Below are positions 1-10,682 of a stretch of DNA of 64,000 nucleotides, in pieces; position 1 is the first letter of the stretch, and each line of letters opens with the position of its first letter. Below the pieces are notes generated by a model that searched no databases, was not told the origin of the DNA, and saw nothing but the letters and a program-made list of their open reading frames with translations. The stretch comes from Octopus vulgaris (taxonomy: Eukaryota). The stretch is from the NCBI GenBank assembly GCA_951406725.2, contig OX597814.1:24924001-24988000 (forward strand), read 5' to 3'. A program made the translations under genes and the position numbers.

Positions 1-390
1 GACAACTAACGGCCTCTTACTCAGAGTTAAAGGTAGACTGTATGATGCATGAGTGCAAACTGCCATGCTACATGGCAGTGAAACACAAGCCATGAAAGAA
101 ATGAAGCTAGTATGATCCGCTACATGTGTAATGTTAGTGTGCATACATTACAGAGTGTAAACGCCCTGAGAAGAAAAGTTGGGTATAGGAAGCATGAAAT
201 GTGGTGTGCAAGGCAGGTGACTGCACTGGTATGACCATGTGTTATGTATGAATGAAAACAGCTGTAGAAACATTACCAGATCAGATTGGAGCCTGGTGCA
301 GCCACTGGCTCTCTAAACCTCAGTCAAAACGTCCAACACATGCCTGCATGGAAAATGGACGTTAAACGATGAGATGATGATAATGATGAT
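1..390 (+). mobile_element. RTE-clade LINE 3' fragment (decayed ORF end joined to (GAT)n tail)
   Basis: From base 2 translates GLLLRVKGRLYDA*VQTAMLHGSET, then pieces like NEASMIRYMCNV and LHWYDHVL, as in the RTE post-RT region. From about 260 it matches the tail seen in other copies (tgtagaaac...gtccaac...catggaaa...gttaaacgatga) and ends in GAT repeats. Confidence 0.75.
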
Positions 391-737
391 ATATATACGT
401 GATGATGATATATATACATGATGATAATGATGATATATATATATGTGTGCTTGTGTGTGTGTGTGTACATGTATATTTATTAATTTTCAGTTTCTTACCT
501 TCATGTCTTAATCAGAGAAGAAACGGCTGCATCCATGACCTTTCTCAAGGCCTTCATGCCTAGTGAATAAAGGAGAGGAATTTCTTTTGCAAGCAAAGAT
601 AAGATCTGATACTTGTGACTGAGTGGACTCTGCTAAATATATATATGTCTAAAAAGGTGGTATTCAAATTGTCAATGGATTTCTAGGAGAGAACATGCTG
701 TTTGGAAATATTTGAGAGCTATTACCACTACGAAAAA

Positions 738-1110
738 GGGTTTGTAAGGGAAATAACTATATAAGCATTTTTAGAGATGTAAAGTATAATAGCCATCTCA
801 ATATGGCTAACCACAAAGGGGGTGGTGTTACTGTAGCTTTTTACGTTCTGAGATTTAATAATAAATTTTTAGATTGTTACTTCCCTTATATATATGCCAA
901 AAAGGCATTAAAAATGGGAAAAATTGATGGTAAATTTTTTTTAAATCGTAGACTCATCGTAGACATGCGCTAATACCCAGAAGGGCTCGATATGAATCAC
1001 GACTATAAGATACCCGGTTTTGGTTAAACTGCACTGCAAAATGTGGGAGTAGTTAGGAATCTAAATCGTAGGAGACAGACAGCACACAACCTCTCTTTTA
1101 TATATAAAGA
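738..1110 (-). mobile_element. Non-autonomous Helitron, 3' hairpin lost
   Basis: Highly similar to 24983-25376. The minus-strand 5' end reads A|TCTTTATATATAAAAG. The 3' hairpin/CTAG end is replaced by actacgaaaaa. Confidence 0.75.
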
Positions 1111-1587
1111 TATATCTTGGGTCTCTGTCATTGCACTATACCCTAAGTCACATAGCCTTGTGTCATCAGCTTCTCATCTCTATCACTTTGTCTCGCATAT
1201 TTCTACCTAACTCAGATGACGGAATGCTCCTACTACCCATTCTCCTATCATCCTGCAGTGATAAAAGGTATATCACATATCCCTCTCATCACTACATTAT
1301 TATTATTCATGCTTCTTTTCTTTCATGATATTTCTTGCTTCAATAATCCACAGAATAGAAAGCCAAATTGAAATCTTTATAGCAACTTATATCTGAAGTT
1401 AAATATATAACAAAAGGGCTTCGTATATGGTATCCATTTTGTATTTGTTTTGTCAGGCAAATTTTAGCAAGCTGAGTTAAGTGTATTGCTAAGGGATTCA
1501 GCACAGTAGCTGCAGTATGATCGGAATGATAACCATGTAGTTAGTGATTCTAAACTTACATACTGTATTCATGTATAAATATCATAA

Positions 1588-1890
1588 AATATTCTGTTGT
1601 GTCTGGGGAGAGTCATTTTCTTTTTGTGCCTTATAATGTAACACATTCACTGGTAAAATTTCCACTTATTTCTTATTTTTATTTTCCTAAAATTTTCGTT
1701 GCATCTTGCAACTTTTCAATAGTCTTGAACAGTAAAGAGCAGAGACATGAATGTTTACATAAGATTCATACTTTAATTGTTTATAACAGCTATTTTAATG
1801 GAAATAAAAAATACGCATTTACATAATTATATAAGCAACATACATAGTCAATTAATTTAAATGTTATTGGTTACACATCTCATCAGGAGG
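1588..1890 (-). mobile_element. Probable Penelope-type terminal-repeat relic with hammerhead-like motifs
   Basis: Minus strand has TTGAAAA-GTTGC-AAGAT-GCAAC-GAAA (1687-1724) and a CTGATGAG...AAAATAGCTGTTA relic (1783-1888). Layout resembles 45060-45260. Confidence 0.4.
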
Positions 1891-2035
1891 GAAAGATTAA
1901 AAATGAAAATACTGTTACAGATTTTCACATATTATAATTATACATACATGCATACATACACGCATATACATATACATTAATATATTTGTATATATGTGTG
2001 TTTGTCATTTACATGCATTTTCGATAAGGTAACAT

Positions 2036-2227
2036 GGAGGTACAATGGCCCAGTGGTTAGGGCAGCAGACTTGCAGTCATTGAATCATGGTTTCAATTCC
2101 CAGACTGGGCGTTGTGAGTGCTTATTGAGCAAAAACACCTAAAGTTCCATGAAGATTTGGCAGGAGTGGTTGTGAACCCTGCTGTACTCTTTCACCACAA
2201 CTTTCTCTCACTCTTTCTTCCTGTTTC
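2036..2227 (+). mobile_element. tRNA-derived SINE (family D), 3'-truncated
   Basis: A-box TGGCCCAGTGG and B-box GGTTTCAATTCC. The body recurs at 39228-39405. Confidence 0.75.
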
Positions 2228-2354
2228 AATGGCAGTGCATCAGCATAGCTGCAGCTCTGAGCTGTAACTACAGAAAAAAAGTACTATTTGAGAAACGAAT
2301 CTGTACCATAATGGAAGATTAATTTAGTTACACTCTTTCATACACTCACATATT

Positions 2355-2502
2355 TATGTATATGAACATCTGTGCATGTGTATGTACATGTATATATGTG
2401 CATGTATATATGTGCATGTATATATGTGCATGTATGTACGTGCATGTGCGTGTGTGTGTGTGTGTGTGTGCGCACGCGCATGTGTGTGTCTGTGTGTGTG
2501 TA
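2355..2502. repeat. Compound (TA)/(TG)/(TGCA) microsatellite
   Basis: Visible dinucleotide arrays. Confidence 0.9.
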
Positions 2503-2839
2503 TTAGTGTAGAGATGGATGGGTGGCTGGTGGGCATGATATGTGGATTGGGTTTCGTATGTGTAAATATGTGTGATGTATAAGTGGAATCACAAAGGTTA
2601 AAGTACTTGCTTATCAGTTAATGGCTTAAGTGTTCATCATATCTGCTTAAAGTATTTTATTGTATCACTCAGAATAACAATCTTACATGCTTCTCTTTAC
2701 TAAGTGATACCAGCTGTTTTGGAGTTGTTATCTATAATACATCGTTGTTCTGCTCCTATCTCATGAAATTAACACTCCTGAATAAAGAGCTAGCATTGGC
2801 TTTACCATCTTCACAGACTAAAGGATATGCAACAGCAAG

Positions 2840-3220
2840 GTAAAAAGCAAGCTGGAAAAAGGTCAGGATGGTATTACAGCTGCCAGCAACAAAGGTCTTT
2901 TCCCCTCAAAGCAAAAGTCAGATTGCATAATGCTTGTGCTAGAACAGCAATGTTGCATAGGAACAAGACATGGACACTCTATGCAAAAGATTTGCAAAGA
3001 CTGAAAAGAAATGAAGCTAGTATACTCTGAGGGATGTACAATGTTAATGTACATGAACACCATAGTACAAATGAGCTAAGTATAAAGCTAGGAATAAGAG
3101 AAATTTGATGTAGTGTGCAGGAGAAGTGTAATGATACAGATATGTGATGCATAAGGAGAATGGTTATAGCTAACAAAAACACCAAGCACTCCAAATTAGT
3201 GGAGCCTGTAGAAAAGGAAA
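2840..3220 (+). mobile_element. Decayed RTE LINE fragment
   Basis: SFPLKAKVRLHNACARTAMLHRNKTWTL...RLKRNEASIL is homologous to the fragment at 1-260. Confidence 0.7.
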
Positions 3221-3779
3221 CTCATCACTCATGGTGAAGGGCACTCACACTAAAACACATGAAATGTTTAAAAAGCTATAATATGCATATATGCGTGTGT
3301 GTGTATGCATATTTGCATATATATATATACACTTATATAGGGTAGCGAATATTCCTAGAAATATCACCACAAGTGGCCTAGCATGTATAAATAGTTAATA
3401 GACAACATATTCAATATAAAATAGTGTACATTTAAACACAAGAGAAAACTACCCTTTAACAGGTAACTTAACACGCTAGAAGAAGCAGCCAAAACGACCG
3501 AAATCACATTTAAAAGCTGATGTATTTCGAGCAAACGTATTTCAAGCATTTAACAATATATGCTTTTGATAAAACAGTTGCTCTCGCAAAGCAAATTAAA
3601 TAAAAGTTGCAGAGGGTCAAAACTGGAAACACGAACAGGACAGTGAAGGGTCGTACTTTATGTTGTTTGCCTTGTTTTCCATTTGTGTCTTTCGTTGTTT
3701 GAAAAAATAGTTCATATTCCATGTACTTGTGCTTCGTACTTTTTTCTTGTACACGTTTCGTGATTTCCTGTGCCCACAT

Positions 3780-3793
3780 ATGCATATACATAC

Positions 3794-3845
<52 letters not shown>

Positions 3846-3916
3846 TAGAGAGAGAGAGAGAGAGAGAGAGAGAAGCTTGATAAATTTAGTGAAATGAAAA
3901 TAAAAACTTTTACTAA

Positions 3917-3949
<33 letters not shown>

Positions 3950-4235
3950 GAGAGAGAGAGAGATGTATGTACACATACGTATGTATATATGCATATATAT
4001 ATATATATAGTATTTATATTACACACAGCCATCTCTCACATGTATAGAATGTCACTTTTCTCACTTAAGGATATGTATATATATATATATATGTGTGTGT
4101 GTGTAATATAACTAATATATATATATGCGTATATACATACGTATATATATATTGAATGAATGAGTATCTTTGAAAAAGAGAGAGAGAGAGATGTTCCCAC
4201 ACTTAATTTGATACATATATGGAAACTATGTTGAT

Positions 4236-4277
<42 letters not shown>
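3780..4277. repeat. (TA)n/(AG)n/(CT)n microsatellite cluster
   Basis: Several adjacent dinucleotide arrays. Confidence 0.9.
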
Positions 4278-4279
<2 letters not shown>

Positions 4280-5132
4280 TATATGCTTCTATGTGTAATT
4301 TGTTCATATAAGTCTAAATTCATGCAAATGTGCACATTGTGTGTGCTGGAAATTTTTTCCGTTACTTTAAAGTAAATATGGCTTCCAGGGCATTAGAGAA
4401 AAATGTAATCAATTAATTTACCATTGTTCATACGGTCAATTAGGTGGCATTATTGAGAACATTGCATGAGTGAAGGAAACAAAACCACCAAGATGCACTA
4501 ATCTACTTTGCAAACACTTTTAAAGAGAGGAAGAATTTATGATGTCTTTATTGTTGTTTGTTTGTTTTTTTTTATGTTATTAATTTGTAGCACTGACATT
4601 TCACTCTTGTTAGCTAGTAGAGCTGTTTAATTGGCTAACGTAGTTTGAAATCATCTGCTAATGTGACCAACAGAATCCTGATTGCATTGAAAAATACATA
4701 TGTATATGAATTATATTCTACATATTTCCTTTCATCAAACAAAGAGATTAATTTTTGACGCTAAATCTACTCTAATCAGTATTGATTAAGCATCAAAATA
4801 AATTAATATCAGAATAACTGAATGACTTCGTTAATTCTGGAATATTGAAACAGATAAATGTACAGTTTTTGATGGGGAAGATAGGTGAGTAGAAAGACAG
4901 AACCTTAGCAATATTGCCAAATAAATGAATAATTTCGAAATGCTTCATTTACTTCAATAGTGCTTTTTATAAAAGACCATCATCACAAATTTTATTTCTC
5001 CTTTTATTGCCATGGCAGTTTTGATTTATCTGGCTGAGAGCCTGAATTCAGTACAGCAGCAACACTACCCCAAATATGACAGCATAACTCTTTTGTGGGC
5101 CACGATTAAATTTTATTAGAAATTGTTTCAAA

Positions 5133-5345
5133 TTTTGGCACAAGGCTAGTAATTTTAAAGGAGAAACAGTCGATTACATTGACCTCAGGGCTTGACTGGT
5201 ACTTTATTTTATCGACCCCCTCTCCACCTCCAAGGATGAAAGAAGAAGTTAACTTCTGCAGGAACTGGACCAAGAACATATAGGGTCAGAAGATATGTTG
5301 TAAAACGTTTTCCAGTGCTTTAATGATTTTGCCAGCTTGCCATCT
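5133..5345 (-). mobile_element. tRNA-derived SINE family A (tail 1), decayed
   Basis: Matches the 53805-53970 and 42650-42886 core (ggtactt...atcgacccc...ggatgaaag). Confidence 0.7.
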
Positions 5346-6219
5346 TTTTTGTGGAAATTAGCAACTGAACAGAGGTGATGTATTTCATAGGAGACACCAA
5401 TGTTTGGGAGATGCAATTTTAGCAATACTATGGATTTGAAATCATTATCAGAGATTGCTTTGACAGAACTTTCTGGGTCAAAGTTGTAGCTTGTTGGTGA
5501 ATAAATTGAGTGTAATGAAAATGGTTTTCATGATATATTTAGAGATGGTGTCTCTATCTTTTTAGTGAATCTACAAAACTGATTTATAAAGTAGTCTTTG
5601 GTTTTAGATAAGCTGTAGCAATGAGTAGTTGTGATGAAGATGTTGATGCTTCTTTGAAATAGGGTGAGATGCATAGGAAATATAACTGATATGCATTTAA
5701 AGCTGAGTCAGTGCCTTAAGTTTCTAATTCTTATTGTTCAGTTGCTTGAGAATTAGGAATAAGAAACACTGGTTTAGCTCTGAATAATGATTCAATCCTG
5801 AATAACAACACTAAATATTTTCTTTCAGCTTCTTGCATTTCAAACTAGTGGGATACCACCATTCAGAGGAAAAAATCGATAGTTGTTATAAAGCTTATAA
5901 AACAAAGGTATAATGATTTTAAAATCAAATTGCAATGAGTTTACATGTAAATACAAAGGTATGTGTTGAGTTCAAAACATCTTAACTATTAATGGAACCA
6001 ACAAACCTTAGCAGCAGTATAAGTAAGTTGCAAACTTTAACTGTTATTAACCTATTATTTAGCAATGTAGACTTAATGAAAAGCAAAGGAATAAATCACT
6101 TATTTTTTCAATTTCTATAGTTGAAATAAGAATTAGATCCAGTTTTAAATTTTTATCTGAAGATCTTTTTGTTTCACATTTATTTTTTGCAAGTTAGTTA
6201 TTGATAAGTAATCAAACAT

Positions 6220-6221
6220 TA

Positions 6222-6263
<42 letters not shown>

Positions 6264-6480
6264 CTAGTTTTATCTTTATAACGTGCTTTCACTTCACTAC
6301 TGAGTGTAGCTCTGTATGCCTTGGGTATGTGCTTTGGTTTGCTGTGATGCTCTTATGGTTACTGAATTGAAAGTGTTTTGCATAGGATGTGTGCAATGTG
6401 TGCAGCACCCAGTAGTGCAATTTTCTCTATGTTGTATATATTTGTAAGTTCTGGTGTTTTTGTTATGTATTTGTCAGATT
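6220..6480 (-). mobile_element. R4/Dong 3' end with (TAA)n tail
   Basis: Minus translation DKYITKTPELTNIYNIEKIALLGAAHIAHILCKTLSIQ* matches the R4 C-terminal motif QKxALLGTAHILR, followed by a UTR and TAA repeats. Confidence 0.75.
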
Positions 6481-6577
6481 ATTTATTATTATTATCATTA
6501 CTATTATTATTATTATTATCATTACTATTATTATTATTATTATTATTATTATTATCATTGTCAACATAATTATTATT

Positions 6578-6782
6578 AAGATGACAAGATGGCAGAATTA
6601 CCACACTGAACAAAATGTTTAGTGGTATTTTTTCTGGCTCTATACATTTCGAGTTCAAATGGCACTGAGGTTGACTTTTCCTTTCCTTTTTTAGAGGTTC
6701 AATAAAATATGTACCAGTTGAACATTGGGATTAAAGTAATCAATTTGCACCTTTCCCTAAAATTTCAGGCTTTGTGCCTACT
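6578..6782 (+). mobile_element. SINE family A, decayed
   Basis: tggcagaat...gagttcaaat...gaggttgactt...gtaccagttg, as in 45476-45702. Confidence 0.7.
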
Positions 6783-6975
6783 ATCTGTTATTTTCCAAAT
6801 GATTCTGGCCATGACAAGGAAGGAAATTATTTTGTAACAGCTCTACTGAACTCTCTATTCCCATTTCCTTCATGCTCTAATTATTACTACTACTACTACT
6901 ACTACTACTACTATTATTATTATTATTATTATTGTTATTATTATTGTTGTTATTATTATTATCATTATTATTATT

Positions 6976-7066
6976 CTATGTTTGACTTTTGCTTTATGTC
7001 TGTACAAGTTGGCTCCAAGTCTCACCCAGAGACCTCAAGAGACAACAGGTTGGAAGTTCACGTTGT
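6976..7066 (-). mobile_element. Dong-type 3' UTR fragment
   Basis: Flanked by TTA arrays and carries the same hairpin architecture as the other Dong 3' ends. Confidence 0.5.
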
Positions 7067-7094
7067 TATTATTATTATCATTATTATTATTATT

Positions 7095-7552
7095 GAGTGA
7101 AAGAGCAGAGCATGCCATCAAAGTGACACTGGGGTAAAATATACAAAGCCCAGTAGGCCCATCATGACTACCCATCTGATAAGGGTACACTAGGCACATG
7201 CATCACAACAATATGTGCATGACATGGTGATTCCATATCAAGATAAACAGTACATGACCTTGCAGGTGGGGCCCAGTTAGGATTTTCTTCTGGTCGAGTA
7301 ACCCATCCTGCTCAAAAGGTCCCTGAATAAGGGTTGTTTACGGATGTTGAGCGAAACACGCATGTTTCCAGAGGTGAATTATTCAAACCCCAAAGAATTC
7401 CTCTCAACACGTGGCTATGATGCTCGCCCACTACCTCTGTTCGTGGCCAGAGATGTACATATCGTCAGCCACTAAGGGACATGCTCAATTGGTTAAGGTC
7501 AAACAACTGACAAGCAAATCTGTGGTATTGAGCAGAATATTTGCTGTAGCCC

Positions 7553-7553
<1 letters not shown>
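7095..7553 (-). mobile_element. Non-coding TAA-tailed retroposed element, family unassigned
   Basis: About 460 bp of higher-GC sequence between (TTA)n arrays. Its left end (attgagtga.agagca) recurs at 11241-11257. Confidence 0.5.
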
Positions 7554-7587
<34 letters not shown>

Positions 7588-7588
<1 letters not shown>

Positions 7589-7745
7589 CTTCTTTCTTCA
7601 AATTTTCTTCCGTTTCTCACCGAGTGTTTTCCATACACCTAGGGCAGAGAAGCTCATTGTATGCATTCCCAGATTAAACACGCAAATTCACAGGTAAAAT
7701 GTGTATTTAAAAAAATTAATAAATAAATAAATTCATGAATGGATG

Positions 7746-7750
<5 letters not shown>
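7588..7750 (-). mobile_element. Dong family-2 3' UTR (5'-truncated)
   Basis: Near-identical to 10688-10850, which directly follows a Dong ORF end. Confidence 0.85.
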
Positions 7751-7795
<45 letters not shown>

Positions 7796-7802
7796 GTTAT
7801 TA

Positions 7803-9548
7803 CTTTTTTTTTTCTTCTTTCAAATTTTCTTCCATTTCTTGCCGAGTGTCTTCCCGACTCCTAGGGCAAAGAAACTCATAGTGTATATTGGTAGGCCATT
7901 AAACCAAACTCAGTAGTTCGTTCATTTTTTTTTATTTTTTTTTTTAGAGTTAAATTAAAATACATGAGCAGCAACAGTTCTCACATCGACAATGCTCTTC
8001 TCAATACGTGTGATGTACCAGTTAAGACAATCTTTTGCACTTCTTGCAGGGATGGTAAGCAAGGGATCATTCTCATATAATTTTCGGTTCCCTTCTTGAT
8101 CATTCCTAGTGCTCCTACGATCACTGGTATTGTAACCGCCTTGAGATGCCACATTTTCTCAATTTCAATGAGTAGGTCTTTATATTTTCTGAGCTTGTCA
8201 AACTCTTTCGCTGAGATATTATGATCACAGGGGATGCTCATGTCGATCAATAAGCAAACTTTATTGTTTTGGTCTTTCACAACAATATCTGGTTTATTGG
8301 CCTTGATGGTTCGGTCTGTATGTACTGGAAAGTCCCACAGAATGGTTACATTTTCTCCTTCAGTTACAGCCTCAGGGTGGTGATTATACCACTTGTCGGC
8401 AGTTTTGATATTGTAATGCTGACTTATTAGCCAGTGGAGATATTGGCCAACTCTGTCATGTCTTAATTTATACTCCACTGGTGCTAAGACTTTACATCCA
8501 GAGATTAGGTGGTCCACTGTTTCAATCATGTCGTTGCAGAATCGGCATTTTGGGTCTGCTCCATTTTTCATCACATTGGCCTGGTAGTTCCGGGTTGATA
8601 GGCTTTGGTCTTGAGCAGCCAGGATGAAACCTTCGCTCTCTGCTTTTAGCCCTGAGCTCCGCAGCCACTGATGGGTTTGCTTCTGGTCAACATCATCTTG
8701 TTTGCTGCGGGTCACATATTTGCCGTGCAGAGGTTTCTCCTCCCACCTATCAGCCAATTGCTCTTGCGCTTTTTTCATTGCCATCATTTTCACCTTCTTT
8801 GCAACAATAGTTGCCGTACTTCCCTCGGGTTGTTCAGTTTGGGTATCCTGCACGAGACCAATAGCAAATTTTTTGCTTTCCTTGATGATAGAATGAAGCT
8901 TCTTTCGTCTCTCGTGATTTTCCATGAGCTTTAGCATCCAGTCATTCGATATTTCGAGATATTTGGCCAGTCCAATTGTTGTTGTTTTGTAAGCTAGTTC
9001 AAATTGGATCAGGCCTCGACCTCCTTGGGCTCTGGGAAGGTAAAGGCGATCTACGTCTGCCTTTGGGTGGTGCATCCTATTACAACTCAGCAGCTTGCGT
9101 ATTTTTCTATCTATATTCTTTACTTCACTCATATTCCAGTTCAACACATTGTAGCTATAAGTAACAACTGGAACTGCTAGGGAATTTATAGCTAACACCT
9201 TGTTACGTGCATTTAGTTCAGATTTCAGGACTGCACGAACTCTCCTATAACATTCCTTCCTGATTTTCTCTTTCATGCTTGCATGCTGAATACCAGAGCC
9301 TTCATTTATCCCTAAATATTTGTATGTTTGTTCTTGCTCAAGCTCTCTTATGACTGTGTCAACATCTAACACGACTGAATTTGTGGTCTTCACTTTCCCT
9401 TTCTGGAAAGTGGCCTTGGCACACTTCTCAAGTCCAAACTCCATCCCGATGTCATCGCTGAATGATTTCACGGTGCGCAATAGGCCTTCAAGTTCATTAT
9501 TGTCTTTACCATAAAGTTTTAAGTCATCCATATAAAATAGATGGCTTT
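7803..9548 (-). mobile_element. R4/Dong non-LTR retrotransposon, 5'-truncated, inserted in (TAA)n
   Basis: ORF plus about 180 bp of 3' UTR, with TTA arrays on both sides. Truncated just upstream of SHLFYMDD. Confidence 0.92.
7981..9531 (-). CDS. R4/Dong polyprotein C-terminal half: RT (YMDD, thumb), CCHC knuckle, RLE endonuclease
   Basis: Motifs (FY)MDDLKLY, YKYLG, RLYLPRAQGGRGL, CRFCx4ETVDHLISGC, RHD, KPDIVV...LIDMSIPCD...K..KY and VGALG. The annotated Met is internal to the RT, so this is not a true start. Confidence 0.9.
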   Translation of the reverse strand: MDDLKLYGKDNNELEGLLRTVKSFSDDIGMEFGLEKCAKATFQKGKVKTTNSVVLDVDTVIRELEQEQTYKYLGINEGSGIQHASMKEKIRKECYRRVRAVLKSELNARNKVLAINSLAVPVVTYSYNVLNWNMSEVKNIDRKIRKLLSCNRMHHPKADVDRLYLPRAQGGRGLIQFELAYKTTTIGLAKYLEISNDWMLKLMENHERRKKLHSIIKESKKFAIGLVQDTQTEQPEGSTATIVAKKVKMMAMKKAQEQLADRWEEKPLHGKYVTRSKQDDVDQKQTHQWLRSSGLKAESEGFILAAQDQSLSTRNYQANVMKNGADPKCRFCNDMIETVDHLISGCKVLAPVEYKLRHDRVGQYLHWLISQHYNIKTADKWYNHHPEAVTEGENVTILWDFPVHTDRTIKANKPDIVVKDQNNKVCLLIDMSIPCDHNISAKEFDKLRKYKDLLIEIEKMWHLKAVTIPVIVGALGMIKKGTENYMRMIPCLPSLQEVQKIVLTGTSHVLRRALSM

Positions 9549-9555
9549 TTAAAAA

Positions 9556-9565
<10 letters not shown>

Positions 9566-9592
<27 letters not shown>

Positions 9593-9663
9593 CATTATTA
9601 TTATTATTATTATTATTTTTATTTTTATTATTATTATTATTATTACTATTATTATTATTATTG

Positions 9664-9698
<35 letters not shown>

Positions 9699-9735
9699 AC
9701 TATTATTGTTGTTGTTATATTTATTATTATTGTTT
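9566..9735. repeat. (TTA)n microsatellite
   Basis: Long imperfect trinucleotide array. Confidence 0.95.
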
Positions 9736-9933
9736 AAAATATTTCTCATCAAAAGATCAAGTGCATACCTACTTGCCCATGTGATGTGCGAATGAATGAA
9801 CTGTGTATTGCATTTTAAGGCAAACTCTGAAGTTCTATCTTCAACTGTACATATTGCCAAAAAGCTCTGTACTTAATCATGAATTCCTCACCATCTTCAT
9901 CATCAAGATCATTTATCATGATCAAGATCATGC

Positions 9934-9967
<34 letters not shown>

Positions 9968-10310
9968 TGACTCTAGTGTTTCTTTGATTGCTGCATTTCA
10001 TTGATATCAATGTTCTTTCTGTTTCGGTGTTGTTGTAATAGTTTGAATTTGTTGTTGTTGCTATCGATACTAGAAGCCATAAGAATAATTCCATTTTAAT
10101 CATCGATCAGGTGTGATATCAGTTCAACATTTTCATTTCTTCTTTTATGTCTCAGCAAAAACAAAACAAACATTATTTTAAAATGTTAATAAATAATAAG
10201 TAACTCTACATTTTGGTGAGGTCTTGGGGTGCAAATAATGTGATACTGCATTTTTCTAACTACTTCCATGATTATGACTTCTGCATGATAATTATAGAGC
10301 TTAGATGGTA

Positions 10311-10406
10311 ATCTTCTCTGTAGCTCATAGGTGTTGATATATGCCAACAGGTGAGGACTACTATAAGGGAATCTAATAAATTCATAAACTTTGTAAAAGA
10401 AATATT
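10311..10406 (+). repeat. Source copy of a 96-bp exact direct repeat (second copy 11446-11541)
   Basis: atcttctctgtagctc...aaagaaatatt is identical at both sites. Confidence 0.95.
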
Positions 10407-10682
10407 TCAGTGTTAATATGGTTCCAATTCAATCTAAGATTTTAACTTAGTTGCATTAGTTAAGACACTGGACAAGTGTTTCCATTGATGGTGTGTTGGA
10501 ATCCTACCTTGTACTATTGGTAATTGTCTTTAACATATACATTTTGAAGGGTATCAGTTAGTTCGAATGATTAACATTGATAAAAAACGATTGAATATAA
10601 CTAAACCTGGCAAATAATTTCACCCACCTGTATACTAATTCTATTATATTCAGCTATATTATTATTATTATTATTATTATTA

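Noticed and set aside
2036-2110. tRNA gene
   Set aside because: A and B boxes are present, but there is no complete cloverleaf and it continues into a SINE body.
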